Below, one piece after another: positions 53,473 to 63,255 of a DNA stretch of 64,000 bases (its first letter is position 1; each line of letters begins with the position of its first letter). A model generated the notes under the pieces. That model was not told where the DNA came from. It saw only the letters and a program-made list of their open reading frames with translations, and did not search any database. The stretch covers positions 704,001-768,000 of the forward strand of contig CBDAOI010000003.1 in assembly GCA_965198005.1 (NCBI GenBank). Direction: 5' to 3'. Source of the DNA: Spirochaetia bacterium. Lineage in GTDB: Bacteria; Spirochaetota; Spirochaetia; SZUA-6; Bin103. The position numbers and the translations under genes are program-made.

Positions 53473-53643
53473 ATGGGAAAGCAGCTGGAACTGTTCGAAC
53501 GGGAGGATCGTTGGGTGCTGCGGCTGTGGCAGACGATCCCAGCGGGGACCAAGGAGTGTGTGATGGCCGTGCTGACGCAAATCGGCAAAGCCGCGCTCGC
53601 CAGGAAGGGGACCGAGCACAAGAAGGTCGACGATGACGGCTGA
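53473..53643 (+). CDS. Small hypothetical protein coupled to the recombinase
   Basis: GGAGG RBS; MGKQLELFEREDRW...DDDG*; overlaps the recombinase start. Confidence 0.6.
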   Translation: MGKQLELFEREDRWVLRLWQTIPAGTKECVMAVLTQIGKAALARKGTEHKKVDDDG

Positions 53644-55887
53644 TGGGATCACCACGGGTCAGCGTAACCGTCTGGCGGTCGTCTACATCCGTCAGTCCTC
53701 GCCGCAACAGATAGCGCGCAACCCGGAGAGTCAGAGACGGCAGCGTGGGTTTGTGAACCGGGCGGTGCAGTTGGGCTGGCCGGCAAACCGTATCCGCGTC
53801 ATCGACGAGGATATGGGGCAGTCGGGGGCGCGATCGGGCAGCCGCCAGGGCTTCCAGCAGATGGTGGCCATGGCGGCGCTGGGCCGTATCGGGATCATTC
53901 TCGCTTTGGAAGTCTCGCGGCTGGCCCGCAGCAATGGCGATTGGTACCAGCTGCTGGACGTCTGTGCGGTCGCAGGTATCCTCATTGCCGATGAGGAAGG
54001 GCTCTACGATCCGGCGGCCTACAACGATCGGCTCCTGCTGGGGTTGAAGGGTACGATGAGCGAGGCCGAGTTGCACCTGATCAAACAGCGGCTGGTGGAA
54101 GGGATGCGGGCGAAGGCCCGGCGAGGCGAACTACGCCGCCGTCTGCCAGCGGGGTTTGTATGGGATCAGGCCGGACGGATTGTCAAAGATCCCAACGAGC
54201 AGGTGGTAGCGGCGATTGACGAGGTGTTCCATCGCTTTCGCAGAGTGGGCACGATTGGTCAAACGCAGCTGTCGCTGATCGACCAAGGGGTGGAGATTCC
54301 GGCACGGACCGAGCAAGGGACGTTGCGCTGGAGCCGCCCCAGTATTGGAGCGGTGGCACGGATGCTGAAGAATCCCACCTACGCCGGAGCCTACGTCTAT
54401 GGTCGCCGCCAGGTAGAGGAGCAACTGGACGGGTCTCTGAAGCCGCAGAAGCGAATGCGGGAAGTCGAGCCGCAGCGGTGGCACGCATTGCTGAAGGATC
54501 ACCACGAGGGCTACCTGAGTTGGGAGCAGTTCGAACACAACCAGAGGCAGATCAGGAGCAACCGGCGGGCGCCCGGCGAGGCTGGCGCACCCCGTGAAGG
54601 CGATGGGCTGCTGCAGGGCTTGGTGCTCTGTGGGATCTGCGGCAGGCGACTGCACATCGCCTACGGCAAGGGCTCCAAGCCATCGCGTTATTGGTGTGTC
54701 CAAGCTCGCCGCCAGAGTGGTGAGCCGACCTGCCAGAGCTTCGGGGCGCGGCGGCTCGAGCAGGCCGTCGAGCGGTTATTGCTGCAGTGTCTGTCGCCGT
54801 TAGGAATGCAGGCGATGTTGGAGGCGGCCCGGCTGCATGCCGAGGATGCTCAGCTGGAGCAGCAACGCCACGAACAGCGACTGGAGCGGGCACGCTACGA
54901 GGTGAGCCTGGCCCGCCGCCAATACGATGCGGTGGACCCTGAGAATCGGCTCGTGGCTCGGGAGTTGGAGAGCCGATATGAGAAGGCGCTATGTACCGAG
55001 CGCGATGTTCAAGCCGACGTCATGCGCGAGCTCGACAGGCTCCAGGAGCCCCTCAGCGCCGAACAGGAGCAGCTTCTGGAGCGCTACAGCGAGGACCTCC
55101 AGCCGTTGTGGAAGGCACCCACCACAGGAGCTGCCGATCGCAAGCGTATCGTGCGCTGCTTGATCGAGGCGGTGGTGGTCAGCGCATCTCGCGACAGCTC
55201 GACGCTCACGGCAAAGGTTCACTGGAAGGGCGGGTAGGTCACAGCGATCGAGCTGCCCAAAGGCCGCCCGGGCGTACATCGCTATGTCTCGCCTCCGGAG
55301 TTGGTGGAGCTCATTAGGACACTGGCAGCCGAGTTCACTGACGCCCAGATCGCGAGGATCCTAAGGCGCAAGAAACTGCTCACGCCCAAGGGCCACTCCT
55401 TCATGGCCTATCACGTGGCCAACGTGCGCCTCAAGCACGGTATTGCACCGGGGCCGCGGGTACCGCTACACGGGCAAGATCTCTACACTGCCGAGCAGGC
55501 CGCAGAGTTGCTGGGGGTGACCAACAGCACCGTGATCCGCTGGGTGGAAGCCGGTATGCTCCGCGGTACGCAGGTCACGGCGGGGGCACCGGTATGCTCC
55601 GCGGTACGCAGGTCACGGCGGGGGCACCTTGGAGGATCGTTGTCACCGACGAGGACATCGCCAAGCTCAAGCCTACCGATCACACCGACGGATGGCTCTC
55701 GCTGAAGGCGGCAGCGGCGGCGCTGGGCACCAGCCCGAATGCCGTTTTGCAAAGAGTCAGTCGCGGCGAGCTCGAGGGTGCTCGGGTTCGCTCAGGCCGT
55801 CGCATCGGTTGGAGAATTCGTTTACCAGAAACGACTTACGCAGATCAACCGGCGCTCTTTTCAAGCTCCGATGACCAACTTATGTGA
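53633..55887 (+). pseudogene. Large serine recombinase (resolvase, recombinase and Zn-ribbon domains plus C-terminal HTHs); in-frame TAG at 55235 and a 38-nt duplication at 55551-55626
   Basis: VYIRQSS, LEVSRLARS, LLGLKGTMSEAEL, NPTYAG, CGICG, VDPENRLV. Confidence 0.9.
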
Positions 55888-55904
55888 GGTATAGCAGTAT
55901 GAAC

Positions 55905-56032
55905 CGCATTGTCCGTGCTGCGGCTCAGAGATGAGGGTGATTGCCCTCATTCACGACCCGGTGGAGATCAAGCGCATCGTTGACCATCTAATCAAAAGTG
56001 GCAGAGCGCCTCCAGGGCTGAAGGTGTCTTGA
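55905..56032 (+). pseudogene. IS91-like transposase C-terminal tip
   Basis: CPCCGSEMRVIALIHDPVEIKRIVDHL...RAPP. Confidence 0.65.
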
Positions 56033-56349
56033 GTGAGTTGAGCTTCGACATCCTCGCTGCGCCCCCTCTCTGGCCTTAGCGCCCGCGAAAGCTGCCCTCC
56101 GTCTTTCCAGTCAGCTCACCTGCAGCGGTTGCAGAACACACCAGTTGACAGCTTTGGCGCTTTCACCTAAGGTCGGAGCGTTCTGGTGGGGGGCCGAGAT
56201 GAGGGCAGAGATGGGTATTGACAGATCGACAGCTTGGGCCCATGGTTCACCCATGTTGAGAGTTGATGCGGGGGGAGTGGAATCTGCCAGGGCGCGCTCG
56301 TCCGATCCCGCAGGCTCTGTCGGGGCCAACTTGCCAGCCTGCAGCAGCT

Positions 56350-56775
56350 CCCGTCCTTGTTCGCGGGTTTCCCAGGTACTATGGGCCTGTCCGACTTCCC
56401 AGCTCCGTTCATCGTCGGCGTACGTCCTTGGACTTCCCGACACGGCCTGCGACGCCATCCGCCACAGGCGAAGCTGGGATCTCCCGGCTCCCGCGCAAGG
56501 TGTTTCCGTACGTGCCCGGGGTCTTGGACCGCGCAGGGTCCCGTGGCGCCTCGCGATATCGGCGCCCCGGGTGTGGCCTTCCGCATCCTCCTACGGCGTC
56601 GGCACCCCAAAGTAATTCCTTTCGCGGCTCGATACCCGGCCCGCACGTACCCCTGTCAACGCTTCACCCCCGCCCTCGCGGGCGACGGCGCATGACTCGG
56701 GGCCGCCGTGGGTCGCTAACCCTTCGACGTATGACTCTTCCATTCACAACACCCTGCCGGTTTGTGCCGGCGCAC
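56350..56775 (-). mobile_element. Group II intron 5' fragment (DI to start of DIII), class E-like
   Basis: Begins GTGCGCCGG at 56775; GAAGGGTTAGCGACCCACGGCGGCCCCGAGTCATGCG; GAAGCGTTGACAGGGG; DIII GGAAGTCGGACAGGCCCATAGTACC; EBS1/IBS1 pairing. Confidence 0.85.
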
Positions 56776-56930
56776 AGGAGGTTCGAATGATACTCAAAGA
56801 ACCGCACGCGCGCGCGGCGTGAGCCGGGGTGAACCCGCTGAGTCACACGCCGCGCGCTTTTAGTGAATTTGACTCTGACTGGCCGTCCGCGTTGCGGGCA
56901 TGAGAGTAGCCAGGGAGCGGTAATCCGCTA
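56776..56930 (+). promoter_or_regulatory. Conserved leader A with uORF MILKEPHARAA (56787-56822)
   Basis: AGGAGG SD; homologous to 28196-28347. Confidence 0.55.
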
Positions 56931-56967
56931 CGCAATACTCTCGAAAAATCTACATACGGAGCTACGT

Positions 56968-58791
56968 ATGATTACTGTACAAATTACAATCATAAGGACC
57001 TTCGCGTTTGCGTTGGTCCTGGTCATGACCGCAACCGGCCTCTGGGCGGGTGGCGCAGAGGAGGAGCCGACAGCCGCCGCCGACAAGAGGTACGTGACCG
57101 ACCCCACCACCGGCAAGGCGGTGACCGCACCGGAGTATGGCGGGACATTGACCCAGGTCCTGAAATGGGGCGATGTCGACTTTCGACCGGATGCCTATAT
57201 TGGCGGTAATTTATCGTTACTCATCATCAGTGGCGTTCTAGAGAAGCTGGCCATGGTGGACTGGGCAATAGATAGGGACATATATCCTTTTTTCGGCGGC
57301 TACATGGCGCCTGTATTCGCCCTGACGGGGGCGCTGGCGGAAAGCTGGGAACAGCGTGATGACACAACTTATATCTTACACATCCGCCAGGGCGTTCACT
57401 GGCATGATAAGCCGCCGGTGAACGGGCGTGAGCTAACTGCCAAGGATGTAGAACATTCCTTTCACCGCATGTTGGGAAATAAATTGACAGGGACCGAGTT
57501 CAGTGAAGCCGAACCTTCCCCAGGGGGAGGTCACCTCGTAGCTTTGCCTTGGGAATCGGTAGAGGCCACCGACAAGTGGACGGTTGTTATGAAGCTGAAG
57601 GAGCCAAAAATCCTTGCCCTGGGTTATATCTTGGACTGGTTCAGTATGGTTATACAGCCCCCCGAGCTACTCGAGGAATACGGGGACGATTGGGATTGGC
57701 AGAATGTGGTCGGCACCGGGCCCTATATGATAACTGACTTGGTCCCGGTCAGCTCTGTGACCTGGACCAAGAATCCCAACTACTGGGGCTTCGACGAAAA
57801 ATACCCGGAGAACCGCCTGCCCTATATTGACACGTTAAAGGGACTTGTTATCATGGAAGTGGGCACATTTCTGGCGGGACTGCGCACGGGTAAGATCGAT
57901 TTCATAGGTTGGCCGGGCTCCTCTCAATTAAACGCTATAGACCAGGCAGAGAGCCTCATGCGGACCAACCCCGAACTCGTACTCCACACGTGGTCAGAAC
58001 GGTCGAATGCTGTTAGCGCGTTGAACCAGCGCCAGGCGCCCTATGACGACATCCGGGTGCGCCGCGCAATGCAGATGGCACTGGACCTCGAGACAATTAA
58101 CAATACCTACTTTAAGGGTTATGCAGAAACGTTACCTCGGGGGATGGTAGGCCTGGAATTCAAGGGGTATCACGTCCCATTTGAAGAGTGGCCCGAAGAG
58201 ATCAAGGGATACTATACCTATGACCCAGCAGGGGCCGAGAAGCTGCTTGATGAGGCTGGGCTTCCGCGTGGCGCCGACGGCATTAGATTCAAGACCACGT
58301 ACCTGCACCACCCGCGGCGTGATGTGAGCCTCACAGAATTACTGGCAGCACACTGGCGTGACATTGGCGTTGATGTGGTTATTGACACACCTAGCGGTGC
58401 AGAATTTAATACTAGAGTGAAAGTTGGAGATTTTGGTTTGTCCACGGATGTTGGGGGCGTCAAGGCTGATCCATTTTGGCAAGTCGGTAAGTTTCTCTCG
58501 GGCTCTGGAACGAACAGAGCTGGACTCTCCGACGCGCAATATGACGCCCTGTATGAAGCCGCCCCGGTGGCTACCACCATGGAGGAGCACGTGAGGCTGA
58601 TTAAAGAGATGGACTGGCGCATCATAGAGCAGCACTGGATGATCTGGGGGCCTTTGGCCCCAGCGTTTACCGTGCACCAGCCGTGGGTGATAGGTTATAA
58701 CGCCGAAGGCGGCTTTGGAGGAATGCAAAACCATGTTGTCTTCTCCCGCCTCTGGATTGATAGTGAGCTGAAGGAAGCAATGGGTCATTAA
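56968..58791 (+). CDS. Peptide ABC substrate-binding protein (module 7)
   Basis: Signal peptide ...MTATGLWA; APEYGGTLT; SBP family 5 motifs. Confidence 0.93.
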   Translation: MITVQITIIRTFAFALVLVMTATGLWAGGAEEEPTAAADKRYVTDPTTGKAVTAPEYGGTLTQVLKWGDVDFRPDAYIGGNLSLLIISGVLEKLAMVDWAIDRDIYPFFGGYMAPVFALTGALAESWEQRDDTTYILHIRQGVHWHDKPPVNGRELTAKDVEHSFHRMLGNKLTGTEFSEAEPSPGGGHLVALPWESVEATDKWTVVMKLKEPKILALGYILDWFSMVIQPPELLEEYGDDWDWQNVVGTGPYMITDLVPVSSVTWTKNPNYWGFDEKYPENRLPYIDTLKGLVIMEVGTFLAGLRTGKIDFIGWPGSSQLNAIDQAESLMRTNPELVLHTWSERSNAVSALNQRQAPYDDIRVRRAMQMALDLETINNTYFKGYAETLPRGMVGLEFKGYHVPFEEWPEEIKGYYTYDPAGAEKLLDEAGLPRGADGIRFKTTYLHHPRRDVSLTELLAAHWRDIGVDVVIDTPSGAEFNTRVKVGDFGLSTDVGGVKADPFWQVGKFLSGSGTNRAGLSDAQYDALYEAAPVATTMEEHVRLIKEMDWRIIEQHWMIWGPLAPAFTVHQPWVIGYNAEGGFGGMQNHVVFSRLWIDSELKEAMGH

Positions 58792-58829
58792 GAGGGAGCT
58801 GGGGGGCTCAAGCCTCCCAGCTCCCACAC

Positions 58830-59222
58830 AAGATGTCATGGCGAGGCGCGCCTTCTTACTGTCATTGCGAGGAGTCCTTCGCAGAAGGACGACGAAGCAA
58901 TCTGGTTGAGGCAACGGGATCGTCTAAGTGGATTCCGGCTTTCGCCGGAATGACGGGGAGAATCAAGGGGGACACCCCCTTGAACCCCCGTTTCAAAGGG
59001 GTTTCACCCCTCTGGACTCTCCAAAACGGTGAGAGGCGAGTTTCTTCGCAGGGGTCATTCGCACCTTAGAGAGTGCCGCGCCCTTCAGTGGAAGGGGCCG
59101 GAATGACGTGGAAGGTGGATTCCGGCCCCGTATCCAGTCCGGGACCGGCTTTTCGCGGGAATGACGTGGAAGGTGGATTCCGGTTTTCACCGGAATGACG
59201 AGTGAAGTGGCAATGACGGGGG
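58830..59222. repeat. Cluster of REP-like palindromes
   Basis: GTCATTGCGAG...GAAGCAATCT; several GTGGATTCCGG...GGAATGACG units; related element at 46328-46365. Confidence 0.75.
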
Positions 59223-59244
59223 AAATCGCGATGATGAGTGTGAC

Positions 59245-60255
59245 ATGAGAGCCTATATCATCAGGCGGTTATTGCTGATAATCCCCACCTTGTTTATATT
59301 GACCATCCTGGTCTTTCTCTCGGTCCGCTTCCTCCCGGGCGATGTAATAGACCGAATAGAAGCTAAAATGGAAGGCTTTGGCTCCACCATCAATATCGAG
59401 ATAGACCGTGAAGTTCTTGAGCGTATACTGGGATTAGACGTGCCTGTTCACGTGCAGTATGGACGCTGGATAGGAGTGTTGCCCACCCCTGACTGGGTTA
59501 CCGGTGAGTCCCACTTTAAAGGTCTCCTCCAGGGCACCCTTGGCGACTCACTGTTTGTTGGTTTTGCGGTAGAGGAGAGAATAATAGCTAGCCTGCCGGT
59601 AACCATTGAGCTTGGCGTCATGGCACTCGTAATCGGGTTCCTGATAGCCCTGCCAGTCGGCATCTACTCGGCGATTCGCCAGGATACCGCCGGCGACTAC
59701 CTCGGGCGCACCATCGCCATCATCGGCATGGCAACGCCTAACTTCTGGCTTGGAATTATGGTCATGATCTTCCCGGCAATCTGGTGGGGCTGGTCGCCAC
59801 CGATGGAGTGGATTCCTTTCACCGAAGACCCGCTGGGGAATCTCGGGGTGTTCATCATTCCCAGCCTGATTCTGGGGACGGCCATGTCGGCCGCCACCAT
59901 GCGGATGACGCGCACCATGATGCTGGAGGTGCTCAGGCAGGACTATGTCAGGACGGCCTGGTCCAAGGGTCTGAAGGAGAGGGTAGTTGTTATGAGACAT
60001 GCCATCAAGAATGCCCTCATCCCGGTAGTTACCCTCGTAGGCATGCAGTTGCCTATCCTGGTAGGTGGCTCCGTTATCATGGAGAACATCTTTAACCTGC
60101 CGGGGTTGGGTCGTCTCATGGTGAATGCCCTCAATGACAGAGACTACCCGGTGGTCTCCGGAGTCAACCTGGTTTTCGCCAGCGCGGTTATGGGGGCCAA
60201 TCTAATGATAGACATGATTTATCCTTATTTAGACCCCAGGGTCCGTTATAGATAA
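59245..60255 (+). CDS. DppB-like permease (module 7)
   Basis: MRAYIIRRLL, ATPNFWL, DPRVRYR. Confidence 0.94.
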   Translation: MRAYIIRRLLLIIPTLFILTILVFLSVRFLPGDVIDRIEAKMEGFGSTINIEIDREVLERILGLDVPVHVQYGRWIGVLPTPDWVTGESHFKGLLQGTLGDSLFVGFAVEERIIASLPVTIELGVMALVIGFLIALPVGIYSAIRQDTAGDYLGRTIAIIGMATPNFWLGIMVMIFPAIWWGWSPPMEWIPFTEDPLGNLGVFIIPSLILGTAMSAATMRMTRTMMLEVLRQDYVRTAWSKGLKERVVVMRHAIKNALIPVVTLVGMQLPILVGGSVIMENIFNLPGLGRLMVNALNDRDYPVVSGVNLVFASAVMGANLMIDMIYPYLDPRVRYR

Positions 60256-60273
60256 AGGAAGGAAATCGGGAAT

Positions 60274-61203
60274 ATGAGTGATGCCACAGGGAGACCATCA
60301 GCAGTAAGTGAGCCAAAGAGACGTAACGCGCTGGCTGATTTCCTTATCAGGCTGTGGAGGGAGAAGCCGCTGGGTACTGTCAGCGGGATTATCGTATTGC
60401 TCTTGATTCTTGTGGCTATCTTTGCCGATGTTCTGGCCCCTTATCCATATGATGAAATACACATGGCAGACAGGCTGACTGGCTCATCAGCAAAGTACCT
60501 GCTGGGCGCGGACCAGTTGGGGCGAGACTTCCTGAGCCGCATTATCTACGGGGCTCGTCTTTCCATAGTTGTCGGTCTGGCCGCGACCGCTCTCAATGTT
60601 GTGGTGGCTCTCCTGATAGGCGGCATTTCAGGATTCCTTGGCGGTAAATTGGACCTGGCTATGCAGAGATTTGTCGATGCCTGGATGTGTTTCCCGGGCC
60701 TGCTCCTGTTGTTAACCATCATGTCCATAGTGGGGAAGGGTATACCACAGATAATAGTGGTCCTGGGGATATCAGGAGGCATCGGTGGCTCAAGAATAGT
60801 CAGAGGCGCCGTTATCGGCGTCAAGGAGAATATGTATTTTCAGGCGGCAGAGGCGATTGGCTGCAAAAAATGGAGAACACTTATCAGACATGTCCTGCCC
60901 AATATTATGCCTATCGTAATCATCATATTTAGCATCAACATCGGGGGGGTGATTATCAGCGAGGCGTCCTTAAGCTTCCTGGGATTCGGTCTGCCGCCGA
61001 GTGTACCCAGCTGGGGAGGTCTGCTCAGCCGGGAGGGGCGTGTGTACATGGAAATGGCGCCACGGCTGGCTCTCTTGCCCGGTCTTTGCCTGACTGTTGT
61101 TGTCTACAGTCTGAACATGCTCGGCGACGCGCTTAGGGACCTGCTCGACCCGCGGCTGCGGGGCGGTGGTAGTCTCGGTGCCGGAGCCGCCGGGTCGGTC
61201 TAA
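60274..61203 (+). CDS. DppC-like permease (module 7)
   Basis: LGADQLGRD, RHVLPNI, DLLDPRLRG. Confidence 0.94.
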   Translation: MSDATGRPSAVSEPKRRNALADFLIRLWREKPLGTVSGIIVLLLILVAIFADVLAPYPYDEIHMADRLTGSSAKYLLGADQLGRDFLSRIIYGARLSIVVGLAATALNVVVALLIGGISGFLGGKLDLAMQRFVDAWMCFPGLLLLLTIMSIVGKGIPQIIVVLGISGGIGGSRIVRGAVIGVKENMYFQAAEAIGCKKWRTLIRHVLPNIMPIVIIIFSINIGGVIISEASLSFLGFGLPPSVPSWGGLLSREGRVYMEMAPRLALLPGLCLTVVVYSLNMLGDALRDLLDPRLRGGGSLGAGAAGSV

Positions 61204-62225
61204 GGAGAGCGCGCCTGCGGCGGCCTCGGGGCCACGCGCCTGCTGCGGGGCCGTGCACCCCACCGAGCAAGGCAAGGTGCGACGGGTCGGCCCCAGATGT
61301 CTTCCCGCTCGATCACCCCGACGCGGGCATCCTTCGGCTTCGCCACCACCGCCGCACCGACCCGTGCGTGCGCGGCCGGCAACCCGCGGGTCACGCCGGA
61401 TGCACGGTGACCTCCACCCGACGGCGCCATCCCTGCCGCCACGGGTGGCATGTAGCTCCCGGCCCGCGACAGGGACGTCGCGGGCTGGGAGCCCATCGGC
61501 CACTCCGGAGGCGCGCCCGGAACGCGCCCGACCACGTCAACGAGCGCCGGGCTGTGGATGGGCGTGACCTGGCCGGTCAGCTCGAAGCGGCGCCAGGCAC
61601 CGTACTGTCGGCGCATCATCGGGCACCGCAGACCGAGTCGGCGAAGTGCACGGGTAACTCATCACACGACTGACGCGTCGTCCGTGCATCGGAGAGAAGT
61701 GGCGGTCGCGGCCGAGCGACGCTGACGAAAAACGTCGGTCGCCGTCGTGCTCTGGCGCGATAGGAGACCAAGGAAGGATGGCGCCTCGCCGCGGAGAGCA
61801 GGCCGAGGTTGGTCTGCACTCCGCTTGTCGAAGGGGCCTTCGGACACGTTCTGAATCGGCCAATGGGCCCTTGTGCCGGATCGCAGGTATCGCCATTGTG
61901 CTGATGTCGCGGGCGCACCGCTAGTGACGGTTGGCCGGTGGTGCCGGCGTGGATCGTGGCGGCGTGAGAGGTAGCGCTGCCACGTCATGCCGCCGCTTCA
62001 TCGGCCGCGGCAGAGTTCGTAACCGGTGACCTGCACCCGTGGCGCCCTCCCTGGCGCCACGGCTGGCATACGGCCCACAGACCACGACACGAGGTCGGGG
62101 GCTGTGGGCTGCTTCGCTGGTCCGGAGGGGGGGCCGGAAGGCGACCGAGCAGGTCGGCGAGCGCCGGGTTGTGCATGGGCGTGGCCTCGGCGGTCAGCGG
62201 GAAGCCGATACTCCGATCTCGACCC

Positions 62226-62822
62226 TCAGTACTCGTCGTCGCAGAGGCCGTCGCGGAACGTATGGGGCACCACCCAGTAGCCGTCGACCGTGGCGAACAG
62301 GTCGGCGGCCGCCACCCGACAGAACGCCGGAGCGACAGGCGGCCGCGAGGCCACCACGAAGGTCGGCTTGAGGTGGTAGAGCGCCGAGCGATAGGCAAGC
62401 CGCGAGCCCGGACCCCACTGCCGGTCGGCAGGGCGCTCGGGGAACAGCACCACCAGCGAGCTGCGCTTGACCAGCCACAGGGTACGCCGCGCCAGCGCTG
62501 CGTTGGGCGGGATGCCCTCGGGCACCACCGCCGAGGCGAACAGCCCCTCGGCCCGGCAGCGCCGTGCGCGCTGGCCGAACGCGCAGCCGACGAACACCTC
62601 GTCGGGGCCGCACGCTGAGTGGGCCAGCGCCGCGCGGAACGCCGCATCGACGCCGGTCGCGCAGCCCACGAAGAACCCGAACCCGTGGCGGCGGAACCGC
62701 TCGACCAGCGCGCGGCAGACCGGCTGCTCCACCTGCCCGCGGCGGCTGCCGGCAAACAGCACCGCGCGCGCCGCCACCTTGAACCGCAGCGCCGGCTGAC
62801 CGGAAACCTGAAAGCTCACCAT
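62226..62822 (-). CDS. Hypothetical protein, SLOG/DprA-like Rossmannoid fold
   Basis: VLFAGSR, VGCATGVD, LARRTLWLV..S.LVVLF, GPGSRLA; GGAGGT RBS. Confidence 0.55.
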   Translation of the reverse strand: MVSFQVSGQPALRFKVAARAVLFAGSRRGQVEQPVCRALVERFRRHGFGFFVGCATGVDAAFRAALAHSACGPDEVFVGCAFGQRARRCRAEGLFASAVVPEGIPPNAALARRTLWLVKRSSLVVLFPERPADRQWGPGSRLAYRSALYHLKPTFVVASRPPVAPAFCRVAAADLFATVDGYWVVPHTFRDGLCDDEY

Positions 62823-63039
62823 CGATCGCACCTCCTGGTACTTGGTGCGGCGCCTAATTCGCACTCGGTTCCCAGCCGTCAAGCACTTTCTTCGCGCGAT
62901 CTGCGCTCTCGGTTCCCTCTCCCTACGGCAGCTCCGGCTCGGCGGCGCTAGCGATCAGGCGCTCCTTCTGGGCCGCGTGCGTCATCACGCTGCGCAGGTA
63001 CGCCTTGATGATGGTGCGGTACTCGGCCGGCAGCGGCCG

Positions 63040-63255
63040 TCAGGTGCCTTGTGTGGGGGATGTCCCCTTGCCGTCTCCACGAGAGGTCCGCTCGCGGGGG
63101 TGGTAGAGGCTGTGCACGCGCTTCAGATCGCCGATCTCCACCCGCAGGTACTTCTGCGTGGTCTTCAGCGAGGCGTGGCCGAGCAGCTTGGCTATGTGCA
63201 TCACGTTCGCATCGGCTCGCAGAAGATGGGTCGCCACCGAATGGCGAAACGTCGC
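63040..63255 (-). pseudogene. XerC/D-like tyrosine recombinase C-terminal fragment
   Basis: TFRHSVATHLL...KLLGHASLKTTQKY. Confidence 0.85.

Noticed and set aside
55235-55237. Pyrrolysine or readthrough TAG in the recombinase
   Set aside because: No pyl genes or supporting signal; the gene has a second independent lesion
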